From: the human T2T-CHM13v2.0 reference genome, Homo sapiens
Assembly: GCF_009914755.1 (NCBI RefSeq)
Contig: NC_060931.1
Length of the DNA: 64,000 bases
Strand: one strand, 5' to 3'
A program made the translations under genes and the position numbers. The notes beneath the pieces were generated by a model. That model searched no databases. It was not told the origin of the DNA and was given only the letters and a program-made list of their open reading frames with translations. Positions 42,901 through 54,869 of this stretch are shown in pieces. Each line of letters opens with the position of its first letter. The first letter of the stretch is position 1.

Positions 42901-45900
42901 ACTCGAGAGAAGCATTCTCAGAAACTTCTTTGTGATGTGTGCATTCAATTCACAGAGTTGAACCTTCGTTTTGATAGGGCAGTTTTGTAACACTCTTTTT
43001 GTAGAATCTGCAAGTGGACATTTGGAGCTCTTTGAGGACTTTGGTGGAAAAGGAAATATCTTCATATAAAAAGCAGACAGAAGTATTCTCAGAGACTTCT
43101 TTAGGATGTGTGCTTTCAACTCACAGAGTTGAACTTGCCCTTTGATAGAGCAGTTTTGAAACACTCTTTTTGATAGAATCTGCAAGTCGATATTTTGAGT
43201 GCTTTGAGGCCTACAGTGGAAACGGGAATACTTTCACATAAAAACTAGACAGAAGCATTCTCATAAACTTCCTTGTGATGTGTGCATTCAACTCAGAAAG
43301 TTGAAACTTCCTTTTTAGAGTACAGTTCTGAAACACCCTTTTTATGGAATCTGCAAGTGGTATTTGTACCACTTTGAAGCCTTCATTGGAAACGGGAATA
43401 TTTTCACATAAAAACTAGACAGAAACATTCTCAGAAACTTCTAAGTGTTGTGTACATTCTACTCACAGAATTGAACCTTTCTTTTGACAGAACAGTATTG
43501 AAACACTGTTTTTGTAGAATTTGCAAGTGGACATTTGGAGCACTTTGAGGCCTGTGGTGGAAAAGGAAATAACTTCACATATAAACTAGACAGAAGCATT
43601 CTCAGAAACTTCTTTGTGATGTGTGCATTCAACTCATAGAGTTGAACCTTCCTTTTGATAGAGCAGTTTAGAAACACTCTTTTTGTAGAAACTGCTAGTG
43701 GATATTTTGAGGGCTTTGTGGCCTACGTTGGAAACGGGAATATCTTCACATAAAAACTAGACAGAAGCATTCTCAGAAACTACTTTGTGAAGTATGCATT
43801 CAACTCAGAGAGTTGAATCTTCCTTTTCATTGAGCAGTTTTGAAACAGTCTTTATGTAGAATCTGCAAGTGGATATTTGGAGTGCTTAAGGCCTATGGTA
43901 GAAAAGTAAATATCTTCATATAAACACTAGACAGAAGCATTCTCAGAAACTACTTTGTGGTGTTTTCCTTCAACTCAAAGAGTTGAACATTCCTTTTGAT
44001 AGAGTAGTTTTGACACACTTTTTTTTGTAGATTCTGCAACTGGACATTTGGACTGCTTTGAGGCCTTCGTTGGAAACGGGAATATCTTCACATAAAAACT
44101 AGAGAGAAGCATTCTCAGAAACTACTTTGTGAAGTGTGCATTCAACTCAGAGAGTTCAACCTTCCTTTTCATTGAGCAGTTTCTAAACACTGTTGATGTA
44201 GAATCTGAAAGTGGATATATGGAGATCATTGAGGCCTTCATTGGAAACGGGAAGATCTTCATATAAAAACTAGACAGAAACATTCACAGAAGCTTCTTTT
44301 TGATGTGTGTCTTCAATTAACAGAATTAAACGTTTCTTTTGATAGAGCAGTTTTGAAACACTCTTTTTGTAGAATCTGCAAGTGTATATTTGGAGCGCTT
44401 TGTGACCTGTGGTGCAAACTGTAATATCTTCAAATAAAAACTACACAGAAGCTTTCTCATAAAATTCTTTGTGATGCGTGCATTCAACTCAGAGGGTTGA
44501 AACTTCCTATTGATACAGCAGTTTTGAAACACTCTTTTAATGGAATCTGCAAGTTGATATTTGCAGCGCTTTGAGGCCTATGGTAGAAAAGGAAATATCC
44601 TCACATAAAAACTAGATAGAAGAATTCTCAGAAACTTCTTCATGATGTGTGCATTCAACTCACAGAATTGAAACTTTCTTTTGACAGAACAGTTTTGAAA
44701 CACTCTTTTTGTAGAATCTGCAAGTGGACATTTGGAGCGCTTTGAGGAATGTGGTGGAAAAGGAAATACCTTCACATAAAAACTAGACAGAAGCATTCTT
44801 AGAATCTTCTTTGTGATGTGTGCATTCAACTCACAGAGTTGAACCTTCATTATGATAGAGCAGTTTTGAAACACTCTTTTTGTAGAATCTGCAATTAGAT
44901 ATTTGGAGCGCTTTCTGGCCTTTGGTGGAAACTCCAATATCTTCAAATAAAAACTACACAGAAGCATTCTCATAAACTTCTTTGTGACGCGTGCTTTCAA
45001 CTCATAGAGTTGAAACTTTCTATTGATACAGCAGTTTTGAAACACTCTTTTTATAGAATCTACAAGTGGTTATTTGGAGTACTTTGTGTCCTTTGGTAGA
45101 AAAGGAAATATCTTCACATAAAAAATAGACAGAAGCATTCTCAGAAACTCCTTTGTGATGTGTGCATTCAACTCACAGAATTGAACCTTCCTTTTGATAG
45201 AGCAGTTTAGAAACACTGTTTTTGTAGAATCTGCAAGTGGAAGTTTGGATCGCTTTGTGACCTGAAATGGAAATGGCAATATCTTCATATAATAACTAGA
45301 CAGAAGCATTCTCAGAAACAAATTTGTGAAGTGTGCATTCAACTCAGAGAGTTGAACCTTCTTTTTGATTGAGCAGTTTTGAAACACTCTTACTGTAGAA
45401 TCTGGAAATGGATATTTGGAGTACTTTGAGGCCTATGGTAGAAAAGGAAATATCTTCATAAAAAAAATAGACAGAAGCATTCTCAGAAACTACTTTTTGA
45501 TGTGTGCATTCAACTCACAGAGTTGAAACTGTCTTTGGATAGAACATTTTTGAAGCACTCTTTTTGAAGAATCTGCAAGTGGACATTTGGAGGGCTTTGA
45601 GATCTGTGATGGAAAAGGAAATACGTTCACATAAAAGCTAGAGAGAAGCATTCTTAGAAACTTCTTTGTGATGTGTGCATTCAACTCACACAGTTGAACC
45701 TTTCTTATGATAGAGCAGTTTTGAAACACTCTTTTTGTAGAATCTGCAATTGGATATTTGGAGCGCTTTGTGGCCTTTGGTGGAAACTGCAATATCTTCA
45801 AATAAAAACTACACAGAAGCATTCTCATAAACTACTTTGTGATGCATGCTTTCAACTCAGAGAGTTGAAACTTCCTATTGATACAGCAGTTGTGAAACAC

Positions 45901-48900
45901 TCTTTTTATAGATTTTGCAAGTGGTTATTTGGAGAGCTTCTAGGCCTTTTGTAGAAAAGGAAGTATCTTCACATAAAAACTAGACAGAACATTCTCAGAA
46001 ACTTTTTTGTGATGTGTGCATTCAACTCAGGGAGTTGAACCTCCCTTTGGAGAGAGCAGTTTTGAAACACTTTTTCTGTAGAATCTGTAAGTTGATATTT
46101 AGAGCACTTTGAGGCCTATGGTAGAAATGGAAATACCTTCATATAAAAACTAGACAGCAGCATTCTCAGAAACTACTTTGTGATGTTGCATTCAACTCAC
46201 AAAGTTGAACATTTCTTTTGATAGAGCAGTTTTGGAACACTCTTTTTGTAGAATCTGTAAGTGGACATTTGTAGCGCTTTGAGGCCTGTGGTGGAAAAGG
46301 AAATAACTTCACATAAAAAGTAGACAGAAGCATTCTCAGAAACTTCTTTGTGATGGTTGCATTCAACTCACAGAGTTGAAACTTCCTTTTGATTGAGCAG
46401 TTTTGAAACACTCTTTTGTAGAATCTGCAAGTGCATATTTGGAGGGCTTTGTGGCCTACTGTGGAAACGAGAATATCTTCACATAAAAATTAGACAGAAG
46501 TTTTCTCAGAAACTAGTTTGTGAAATATGCATTCAATTCAGAAGGTTGAACCTTCCCTTTGATAGAGCAGTTTTTAAATACTGTTTCTGTAGAATCTGCA
46601 AGTTTATATTTAGAGCGCTTCGAGGCCTATGGGAGAAATTTAAATGTCTTCATATAAAACTAGGCAGCAGCTTTCTCAGAAACTCCTTTGTGATGTTGCA
46701 TTCAACTCACAGAGTTGAACATTCCTTTTGATAGAGCAGTTTTGAAAGACACTTTTTGTAGAATCTGCAAGTGGATATTTGGACCACTTTGAGGCATTCG
46801 TTGGAAACGAGAATATTTTCACATAAAAACTAGACAGAGTGTGATGTTCCCCTTCCTGTGTCCATGTGATCTCACTGTTCAATTCCCACTTATGAGTGAG
46901 AATATGCGGTGTTTGGCTTTTTGTTCTTGCGATAGTTTACTGAGAATGATGATTTCCAATTTCATCCATGTCCCGTACTGTTGTGGGGTGGGGGAGGGGG
47001 GAGGGATAGCATTGGGAAATATACCTAATGCCAGATGACAAGTTAGTGGGTGCAGCGCACCAGCATAGCACATGCATACATATGTAACTAACCTGCACAA
47101 TGTGCACATGTACCCTAAAACTTAAAGTATAACAATAAAAGAAAAAAAAACCGGAACAAAAAAAAACTAGACAGAAGAATTTTTAAAACTTCTCTGTGAT
47201 GTGTACATTCAACTCAGAGAGTTGAACTTTTCTTCAGATAGAGCAGTTTTGAAACACTCTTTTTGTAGAATCTGCAAGTGGACATTTGGAGCACTTTGAG
47301 GTCTGTGGTGGAAAATGAAATATCTTCACATAAAAACTAGACAGAAGCATTCTCAGAAACTTCTTTTTGATGAGTGCATTGAACTCAAAGAGTTGATCCT
47401 TTCTTTTGATAGAGCAGTTTTCAAACACACGTTTAGTAGAATCTGCAAGTGGATATTTGGAGGGCTTTGTGGCCTATGGTGGAAAAGGCAATATCTACAC
47501 ATAGATACTAGACAGAAGCATTCTCAGAAACTACTTTGTGAAGTGTGTATTCAACTCAGAGAGTTGAACCTCCCTTTTGATTGAGCAGTTTTGAAACACT
47601 CTTACTGTAGAATCTGGAAGTGGATATTTGGAGCACTTTGAGGACTGTGGTAGAAAAGGAAATATCTACACATAAAAAACAGACAGAAGCATTCTCAGAG
47701 ACTACTTTGTGATGTGTGCGTTCCACTCACAGAGTTGAATCTTCCCTTTGATACAGCAGATTTGAAACACTCTTTTTGTAGGATCTGCAAGTGGATATTT
47801 GGACCGCTTTGAGGCCTTCGTTGGAAACGGGAATATCTTCACATAAAAACTAGACAGAAGCATCTTCAGAAACTTCTTTCTGATGTGTGCATTCAATTCA
47901 CAGAGTTGAACCTTTCTTTGGATAGAGCAGTTTTGAAACACTCTTTTTGTAGAATCTGCAAGTGGACATTTGGAGCGCTTTGAGGTCTCTGATGGAAGAG
48001 AAAATACGTTCATATAAAAACTACACAGAAGCATCCTCAGAAACTTCTTTGTGATGTGTGCATTCAAATCGCAGAGTTGAACATTCCTTTTGATAGAGCA
48101 GTTTTGAAACACTCTTTTTGTAGGATCTGCAATTGAATATTTGGAGTGCTTTCTGGCCTACCGTGGAAACTGCAATATCTTCAAATAAAAACTATACAGA
48201 AGCATTCTCATAAACTTCTTTGTGATGTCTGCTTTTAACTCAGAGAGTTGTAACTTCCTATTGATACAGCAGTTTTGATACACTCTTTTTATAGATTCTG
48301 CAAGTGGATATTTGGAGTGTTTTGAGGCGTTTGGTAGAAAAGGAAATTTCTTCACATAAAAACTAGACAGAAGCATATTCAGAAAGTTCTTTGTGATGTA
48401 TGCATTCAACTCACAGAATTTAACCTTTCTTTTGATATAGCAGTTTAGAAACACTGTTTTTGTAGAATCTACAAGTTGATACTTGGAGCGCTTTGTGGCC
48501 TACAAAGGAAATGGCAATATCTTCATATAAAAACGAGACATAAAGATTCTCAGAAACTACTTTGTGAAGTGTGCATTAAATTCAGAGAGTTAAAGCTTCC
48601 TTTTGATAGAGCAGTTTTGAAACATTCTTTTTGTAGAATCTACAAGTGGATATTTGGAGCTCTTTGAGGCCTTCGTTGGAAACGGGAATATCTTCACATA
48701 AAAAATAGACATAAGCATTCTCAGAAAATTCTTGGTGATGTGTGCATTCAACTCACATAGTTGATCCTTCGTTTTGTTAGAGCAGTTTGGAACACTGTTT
48801 TTGTAGAATCTGCAAGTGGATATTTTGAGTGCTTTGAGGCCCACGGTGGAAATGGGAATACCTTCACATGAAAACTAGACAGAAGCATTCTCATAAACTT

Positions 48901-49000
48901 CCTTGGATATGTTCATTCAACTCAGAGAGTTGAAACTTCCTATTGAGAGAGCAGTTTTGAAACACTCTTTTTGTAGAATCTGCAAGTAGATATTTTCAGC
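28000..49000 (+). repeat. Irregular A/B-type alpha layer (SF5 R1/R2-like)
   Basis: Monomers with GGCCTTCGTTGGAAACGGGA (B box) are mixed irregularly with GGCCTATGGTGGAAAAGGAA (A box) and hybrid boxes such as CCTACGGTGGAAACGGGA. Confidence 0.7.
46839..47161 (+). mobile_element. Very short 5'-truncated L1 (L1PA3/PA2-like) with 5' inversion: inverted piece ~46835-46974 (-), 3' UTR plus poly-A 46977-47161 (+)
   Basis: ACTGTTGTGGGGTGGGGGAGGGGGGAGGGATAGCATT...TACCCTAAAACTTAAAGTATAA then an A tail; preceded by antisense GAGTGTGATGTTCCCCTTCCTGTGTCCATG...; TSD AAAAACTAGACAGA at 46825-46838 / 47162-47175. AACATCACAC/ACTGTTGTGG fit PA3. Confidence 0.94.
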
Positions 49001-51287
49001 CCTTTGAGGCCTTCATTGGAAAAAGGAATATTTTGACATAAAACCTATACAGCAACATTCTCAGAAACTTCTTTGTGATGTGTGCATTCAACTCACAGAA
49101 TTGAACATTTCTTTTGATAGAGCAGTTTTGAAACACTCCTTTTTTGGAATCTGCTTGTTATTATTTGGAGCTCTTTGAGGCCTTCGAAGGAAACGGGATA
49201 TCTTCACATTAAAAACTAGACAGAAGCATTCTCAGAAACTGATTTGTGATGTGTGCATGCAACTCACAGAGTTGAACCTTTCTTTTGATAGAGTAGTTTT
49301 GAAACACTCTTTTCGTAGAGTCTGCAAGTGTTCATTTGTAGCGCTTTGAGGCCTATGGAGGAAAGGGAAATATCTTCACATAAAAACAAGACAGAAGCAT
49401 TCTCAGAAACTTTTTTGTGAGGTGTACATTCAACTCACAGAGTTGAAACTTCCTTTTAATAGAGTAGTTTTGAAAGACTCCTTTTGAAGAATCTGCTGGT
49501 GGATATTTGGAGATTTTGGAGGCCTTCATTGGAAACGGGAATATCTTCACATAAAAATTAGTCAGAAGCATTCTCAGAAACTGCTATGTGATAAGTGCAT
49601 TAAATTCGCAAAGCTGAACTTTATTTTGATACAGGAGTTTTGAAACACTCTTTTTATATAAACTGAAAGTGTTTGTTTAGGGCGCTTTGAGGCCTGTGGT
49701 GGAAAAGGAAATATCTTCACACAAAAACTAGACAGAAGCATTCTCAGAAACTTCTTTGAGATGTGTGCATTCAACTCACAGATTTGAACCTTCCTTTTGA
49801 CAGAGCAGTTTTGAAACCGTCTTTTTGTAGAATCTGCAAGTGGATATTTGGAGCGATTTGAGGCCTATGGTGGAAAAGAAAATATCTTCACATAAAAACT
49901 AGACAGAAGCATTCTCAGAAACCCCTTTGTGAGGTGTGCATTCAACTCACAGAGTTGAACCTTTCTATTGATAGCGTAGTTTTGAAACACTCTTTTTGTA
50001 GAATCTGCAAATGTTCATTTGGAGCGCTTTGAGGCCTATGGTGGAAAAGGAAATATCTTCACATAAAAACTAGACAGAAGCATTCGCAGAAACTTCTTTG
50101 TGATGTGTGCATTCAACTCAAAGAGCTGAACATTTCTTTTGATCGAGCTGGACTGAAACTCTCCTTTTGTAGAATCTGCTTGAGGATATTTGGAGCTCTT
50201 TGAGGCCCCCATTGGAAACGGGATATCTTCAAATAAAAACTAGGCAGAAGCATTCTCAGAAACTGCTTTTTGATGTGTGCATGCAACTCACAGAGTGGAA
50301 CATATCTTTTGATTGGGCAGTTCTGAAACACACTTTTTGTAGAATCTACAAGTGTTCATTTGGAGCGATTTGAAACCTATGGTGGAAAAGAAAATATCTT
50401 CACATAAAAACTAGAGAGAATCTTTCTCAGAAACTGCTTTGTGATGTGTGCATTCAACTGAAAGAGTTGAAACTTTCTTTTGATAGAGCAGTTTTGAAAC
50501 ACTCTTTTTGTAGAATCTGCAAGTGTTCATTTGGAGTGCTTTGAGGCCTAAGGTGGAAAAGGAAATATCTTCACATAAAAACTAGACAGAACCATTCTCA
50601 GAAACTTCATTGTGAGGTGTGCATTCAACTCACATAGTTGAAACTTCCTTTTGATAGAGGAGTTTTGAAAGACTCCTTTTGTAGAATATGCTAGTGGATG
50701 TTTGGAGATTTTGGAGGCCTTCTTGGAAACGGGAATATCTTCACATAAAAACTAGTCAGAAGCATTCTCAGAAACTGCTTAGTGATGTGTGCATTAAACT
50801 CACAGAGTTGAATTTTACTTTTGATAGAGGAGTTTGAAACACTAATTTTGGAGAAACTGCCAGTGTTCATTTACAGCCCTTTGAGTCCTATGGTGGAAAA
50901 GGAAATATATTCAGACAAAAGAAGACAGAAGCATTCTCAGAAATTTCTTCGTGATGTGTGCCTTCAAATCACAGTGTTGAACCTTCCTTTTGACAGAGCA
51001 GTTTTGAAACAGTCTTTTTGTAGAATCTACAAGTGGATATTTGGAGTGATTTGAGGCCTACGGTGGAAAGAAAATATCTTCACATAAAAAATAGACAGAA
51101 GCATTCCCAGAAACTTCTTTGTGATGTGTGCATTCAACTCACAGAGTTGAACCTTTCTATTGATAGAGCAGTTATGAAAGTCTTTTTGTAGAATCTTCAA
51201 GTGTTCATTGGGAGCGCTTTGAGGCCTATGGTGGAAAAGGAAATATCTTCACATAAAAACTAGACAGAAGCATTCCCAGAAACTCCC

Positions 51288-52590
51288 TTGTGATGTGTGC
51301 ATTGAACTCTCAGAGTCGAACCTTCCTTTCGAGAGAGCCGTTTTGAAACACTCTTTTGGCAGATTCTGCAAGTGGATATTTGGAGCGATTTGAGACCTAT
51401 GGTGGAAAAGGAAATATCTTCACATAAAAACTTGACAGAAGCATTCTCAGAAACTTCTTGGTGATGTGTGCATTCAAGTAACAGAGTCGAAGCTTTCTTT
51501 TGATAGAGCATTTTTGGAACACCCCTTTTGTGGAATGTGCTTGTAATTATTTGGAGCTCTTTGAGGCCTTCCTTGGAAATGGGATATCTTCACATAAAAA
51601 CTAGTCAGAAGCATTCTCAGAAACTGCTTTGTGATGAGTGCATTCGACTCACAGAGTTGAACCTTTCTTTTGATAGAGCAGTTTTGAATCACTATTTTGT
51701 AGAATCTACAAGTGTTCATTTTGAGCGCTTTGGGGCCTTAGGTGGAAAAGGAAATATCTTCACATAAAAACTAGAAGAGAAGCATTCTCAGAAACTTCCT
51801 TGTGATGTGTGCATTGAACTCTCAGAGTCGAACCTTCCTTTTGAGAGAGCAGTTTTGAAACAGTCTTTTTTCAGATTCTGCAAGGGGATATTTGGAGCGA
51901 TTTGAGACCTATGGTGGAAAAGGAAATATCTTCACATAAAAACTTGACAGAAGCATTCTCAGAAACTTCTTGGTGATGTGTGCATTCAAGTAACAGAGTC
52001 GAAGCTTTCTTTTGATAGAGCAGTTTTGGAACACTCCTTTTGTGGAATGTGCTTGTAATTATTTGGAGCTCTTTGAGGCCTTCCTTGGAAATGGGATATC
52101 TTCACATAAAAACTAGTCAGAAGCATTCTCAGAAACTGCTTTGTGATGTGTGCATTCGACTCACAGAGTTGAACCTTTCTTTTGATAGAGCAGTTTTGAA
52201 TCACTATTTTGTAGAATCTACAAGTGTTCATTTTGAGCGCTTTGGGGCCTTAGGTGGAAAAGGAAATATCTTCACATAAAAACTAGAAGAGAAGCATTCT
52301 CAGAAACTTCCTTGTGATGTGTGCATTCAACTCTCAGAGTTGAACCTTCCTTTTGAGAGAGCAGTTTTGAAACAGTCTTTTTTCAGATTCTGCAAGGGGA
52401 TATTTGGAGCGATTTGAGACCTATGGTGGAAAAGGAAATATCTTCACATAAAAACTAGACAGAAGCATTCTCAGAGACTTCTTTGTGATGTGTTCATTCA
52501 AGAAACAGAGTTGAACTTTTCTTTTGATAGAGCAGGTTTGAAACACCTCTTTTGTGGAATGTGCTTGTAATTATTTGGAGCTCTTTGAGG
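51288..52590 (+). repeat. Tandem duplication of a 512-bp (3-monomer) alpha unit, ~2.5 copies
   Basis: TTGTGATGTGTGCATT(G/C)AACTCTCAGAGT at 51288, 51800 and 52312; near-identical spurious ORFs at 51474/51986 and 51528/52040 confirm the 512 offset. Confidence 0.92.
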
Positions 52591-54869
52591 CCTTCATTGG
52601 AAAAAGGATGTCCTCTCAAAAAACTAGACAGAAGCATTCTCAGAAACTGCTTTATGATGTCTACATTCAACTCACAGAGTTGAACCTTTCTTTTGATAGA
52701 TCAGTTTTGTAACACACTTTTTGTAGAATCTGCAAGTGTTCATTTGGAGCGCTTTGAGGTCTATGGTGGAAAAGAAAATATCTTCATATAAAAAATAGAC
52801 AGAAGCATTCTCAGAAACTTCTTTGTGAGGTGTGCATTCAACTCACATAGTTGAAACCTCCTTTTGATAGAGCAGTTTTGAAAGACTCCTTTTGTAGAAT
52901 CTGCTAGTGGATAGTTGGAGATTTGAAAGGCCTTCATTGGAAATGGGAATATCTTCATATAAAAACTAGTCAGAAGCATTCTCAGAAACTTCTTTGTGAT
53001 GTGTGCATTAAACTTGCACAGTTGGACTTTTCTTTTGATAGAGGAGTTTTGAAACACTCTTTGTGTAGAAGCTGCAAGTTTTCATTTAGGGCACTTTGAG
53101 GCCTATAGTGGAAAAGAAAATATCTTCACATAAAAACTAGACAGAAACATTCTCAAAAACTTCTTTGTGATGTGTACATTGAACTCAGAGAGTCGAACCT
53201 TTCTATTGATAGAGGCATTTTGAAAAACTCTTTTTGTAGAATCTGCGAGTGTTCATTTGGATTGTTTTGAGGCCTATGGTGCAAAAGGAAATATGTTCAC
53301 ATAAAAAGTAGACAGAAGCATTCTCAGAAATTCCTTTGTGATGTGTGCACTCCACTCACAGAGTTGAAACTGTCGTTTCATCGAGCAGTATTGAAACTCT
53401 CCTTTTGCAGAATCTGCTTGTGAATATTTGGAGCTCCTTAAGGCCTTTGTTGGAAACGGGATAGCTTGAAAATAAACTAGACGGAAGGATTCTCAGAAAC
53501 TGCTTCGTGATGTGTGCATTCAACTTAAAAATTCAACCTTTCTTTTGATAGAGCAGTTTTGAAAAACTCTTTTTTATAATCTGCAAGTGTTCACTTGGAG
53601 TTCTTAGAGGCTATGGTGGAAAATCAAATATCTTTACATAAAAACTAGACAGAAGCATTGTCAGAAACTTCTTTGTGAGGTGTGCATTCAACTCATAGAG
53701 TTGAACCTTCCTTTTGATAGAGCAGTTTGGAAAGACACCTTTTGCAGAATCTGCCAGTGGATATTTGGAGATTTTGGAGGCTTTCGATGGAAACGGGAAT
53801 ATCTTCACATAAAAACTAGTCAGAAGCATTCTAAGAAACTGCTTTGTGATGTGTGCATTAAACTCGCACAGTTGAACATTTCTTTTGATAGAGGAGTTTT
53901 GAAACACTCTTTTTTCTAGAAACTGCAAATGTTCATTCAGTGAGCTTTGAGGCTTATGTTGGAAAAGGAAATATCTTCACATAAAAACTAGACAGAAGCA
54001 TTCTCAGAAACTTCTTTGAGATGTGGGCCTTCAACTCACAGAGTTGAACTTTTCTTCTGAGAGAGCAGTATTTAAATTCTCCTTTGTAGAATCTGCTAGT
54101 GGATATTTGGAAGTCTTTGAGGCCTTCGTTGGAAACGGGATATCTTCAAATAAAAACTAGACAGAAACATTCTCAGAAACTGCTTTGTGATGTGTGCATT
54201 CAACTCACGGAGTTTAACCTTTATTTTTAAAGAGCAGTTTTGAAACACTCTTTTGTAGAATCTACAAGTCTTCATTTGGAGTGCTTTGACGCCTTAGGTG
54301 GAAAAGGAAATATTCTCACATAAAAAGTGGACAGAAGAATTCTCAGAAAATTCCTTGTGATGTGTGCATTCAACTATCAGATTTGAACCTTCCTTTTGAC
54401 AGAGCAGTTTTGAAACAGTCTTCTTGCAGAATCTGCAGGTGGATAGTTGGAGCTCTTTGAGGGTTTCGTCATAAACGTGATATCTTTAATTAAAAACTAG
54501 ACAGAAGCATTCTCAGAAACTGTTTGGTGATGTGTGCCTTCAGCTCACAGAGTTGAACCTTCCTTTTGTCAGAGCAGTTTTGAAACAGTCTTTTTGTAGT
54601 ATCTGCAAGTGGATATTTGGAGCGATTTGTGGCCAATGGTGGAAATGAAAATATCTTCACATAAAAACTAGACAGAAGCATTCTAAAAAACATCTTTGTG
54701 ATGTGTGCATTCAACTCACAGAGTTGAACCTTTCTTTTGAGAGAACAGTATTGAAATTCTCCTTTTGTAGAATCTGCTTGTGGATATTTATAGCTCTTTG
54801 AGGCCTTCATTGGAAACGGGATATATTCACATAAAAACTAGACAGAAGAATTCTCAGAAACGGCTTTGT

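Noticed and set aside
46985-47004. G-quadruplex-forming tract (also C-rich 26808-26829)
   Set aside because: Standard L1 3' UTR G-rich tract, explained by the insertions.
47036-47045. GACAAGTTAG as an L1HS-Ta ACA diagnostic
   Set aside because: Better explained as CpG decay of GACGAG; other sites (AACATC, ACTGTTG, CTTAAAG) are older-type.
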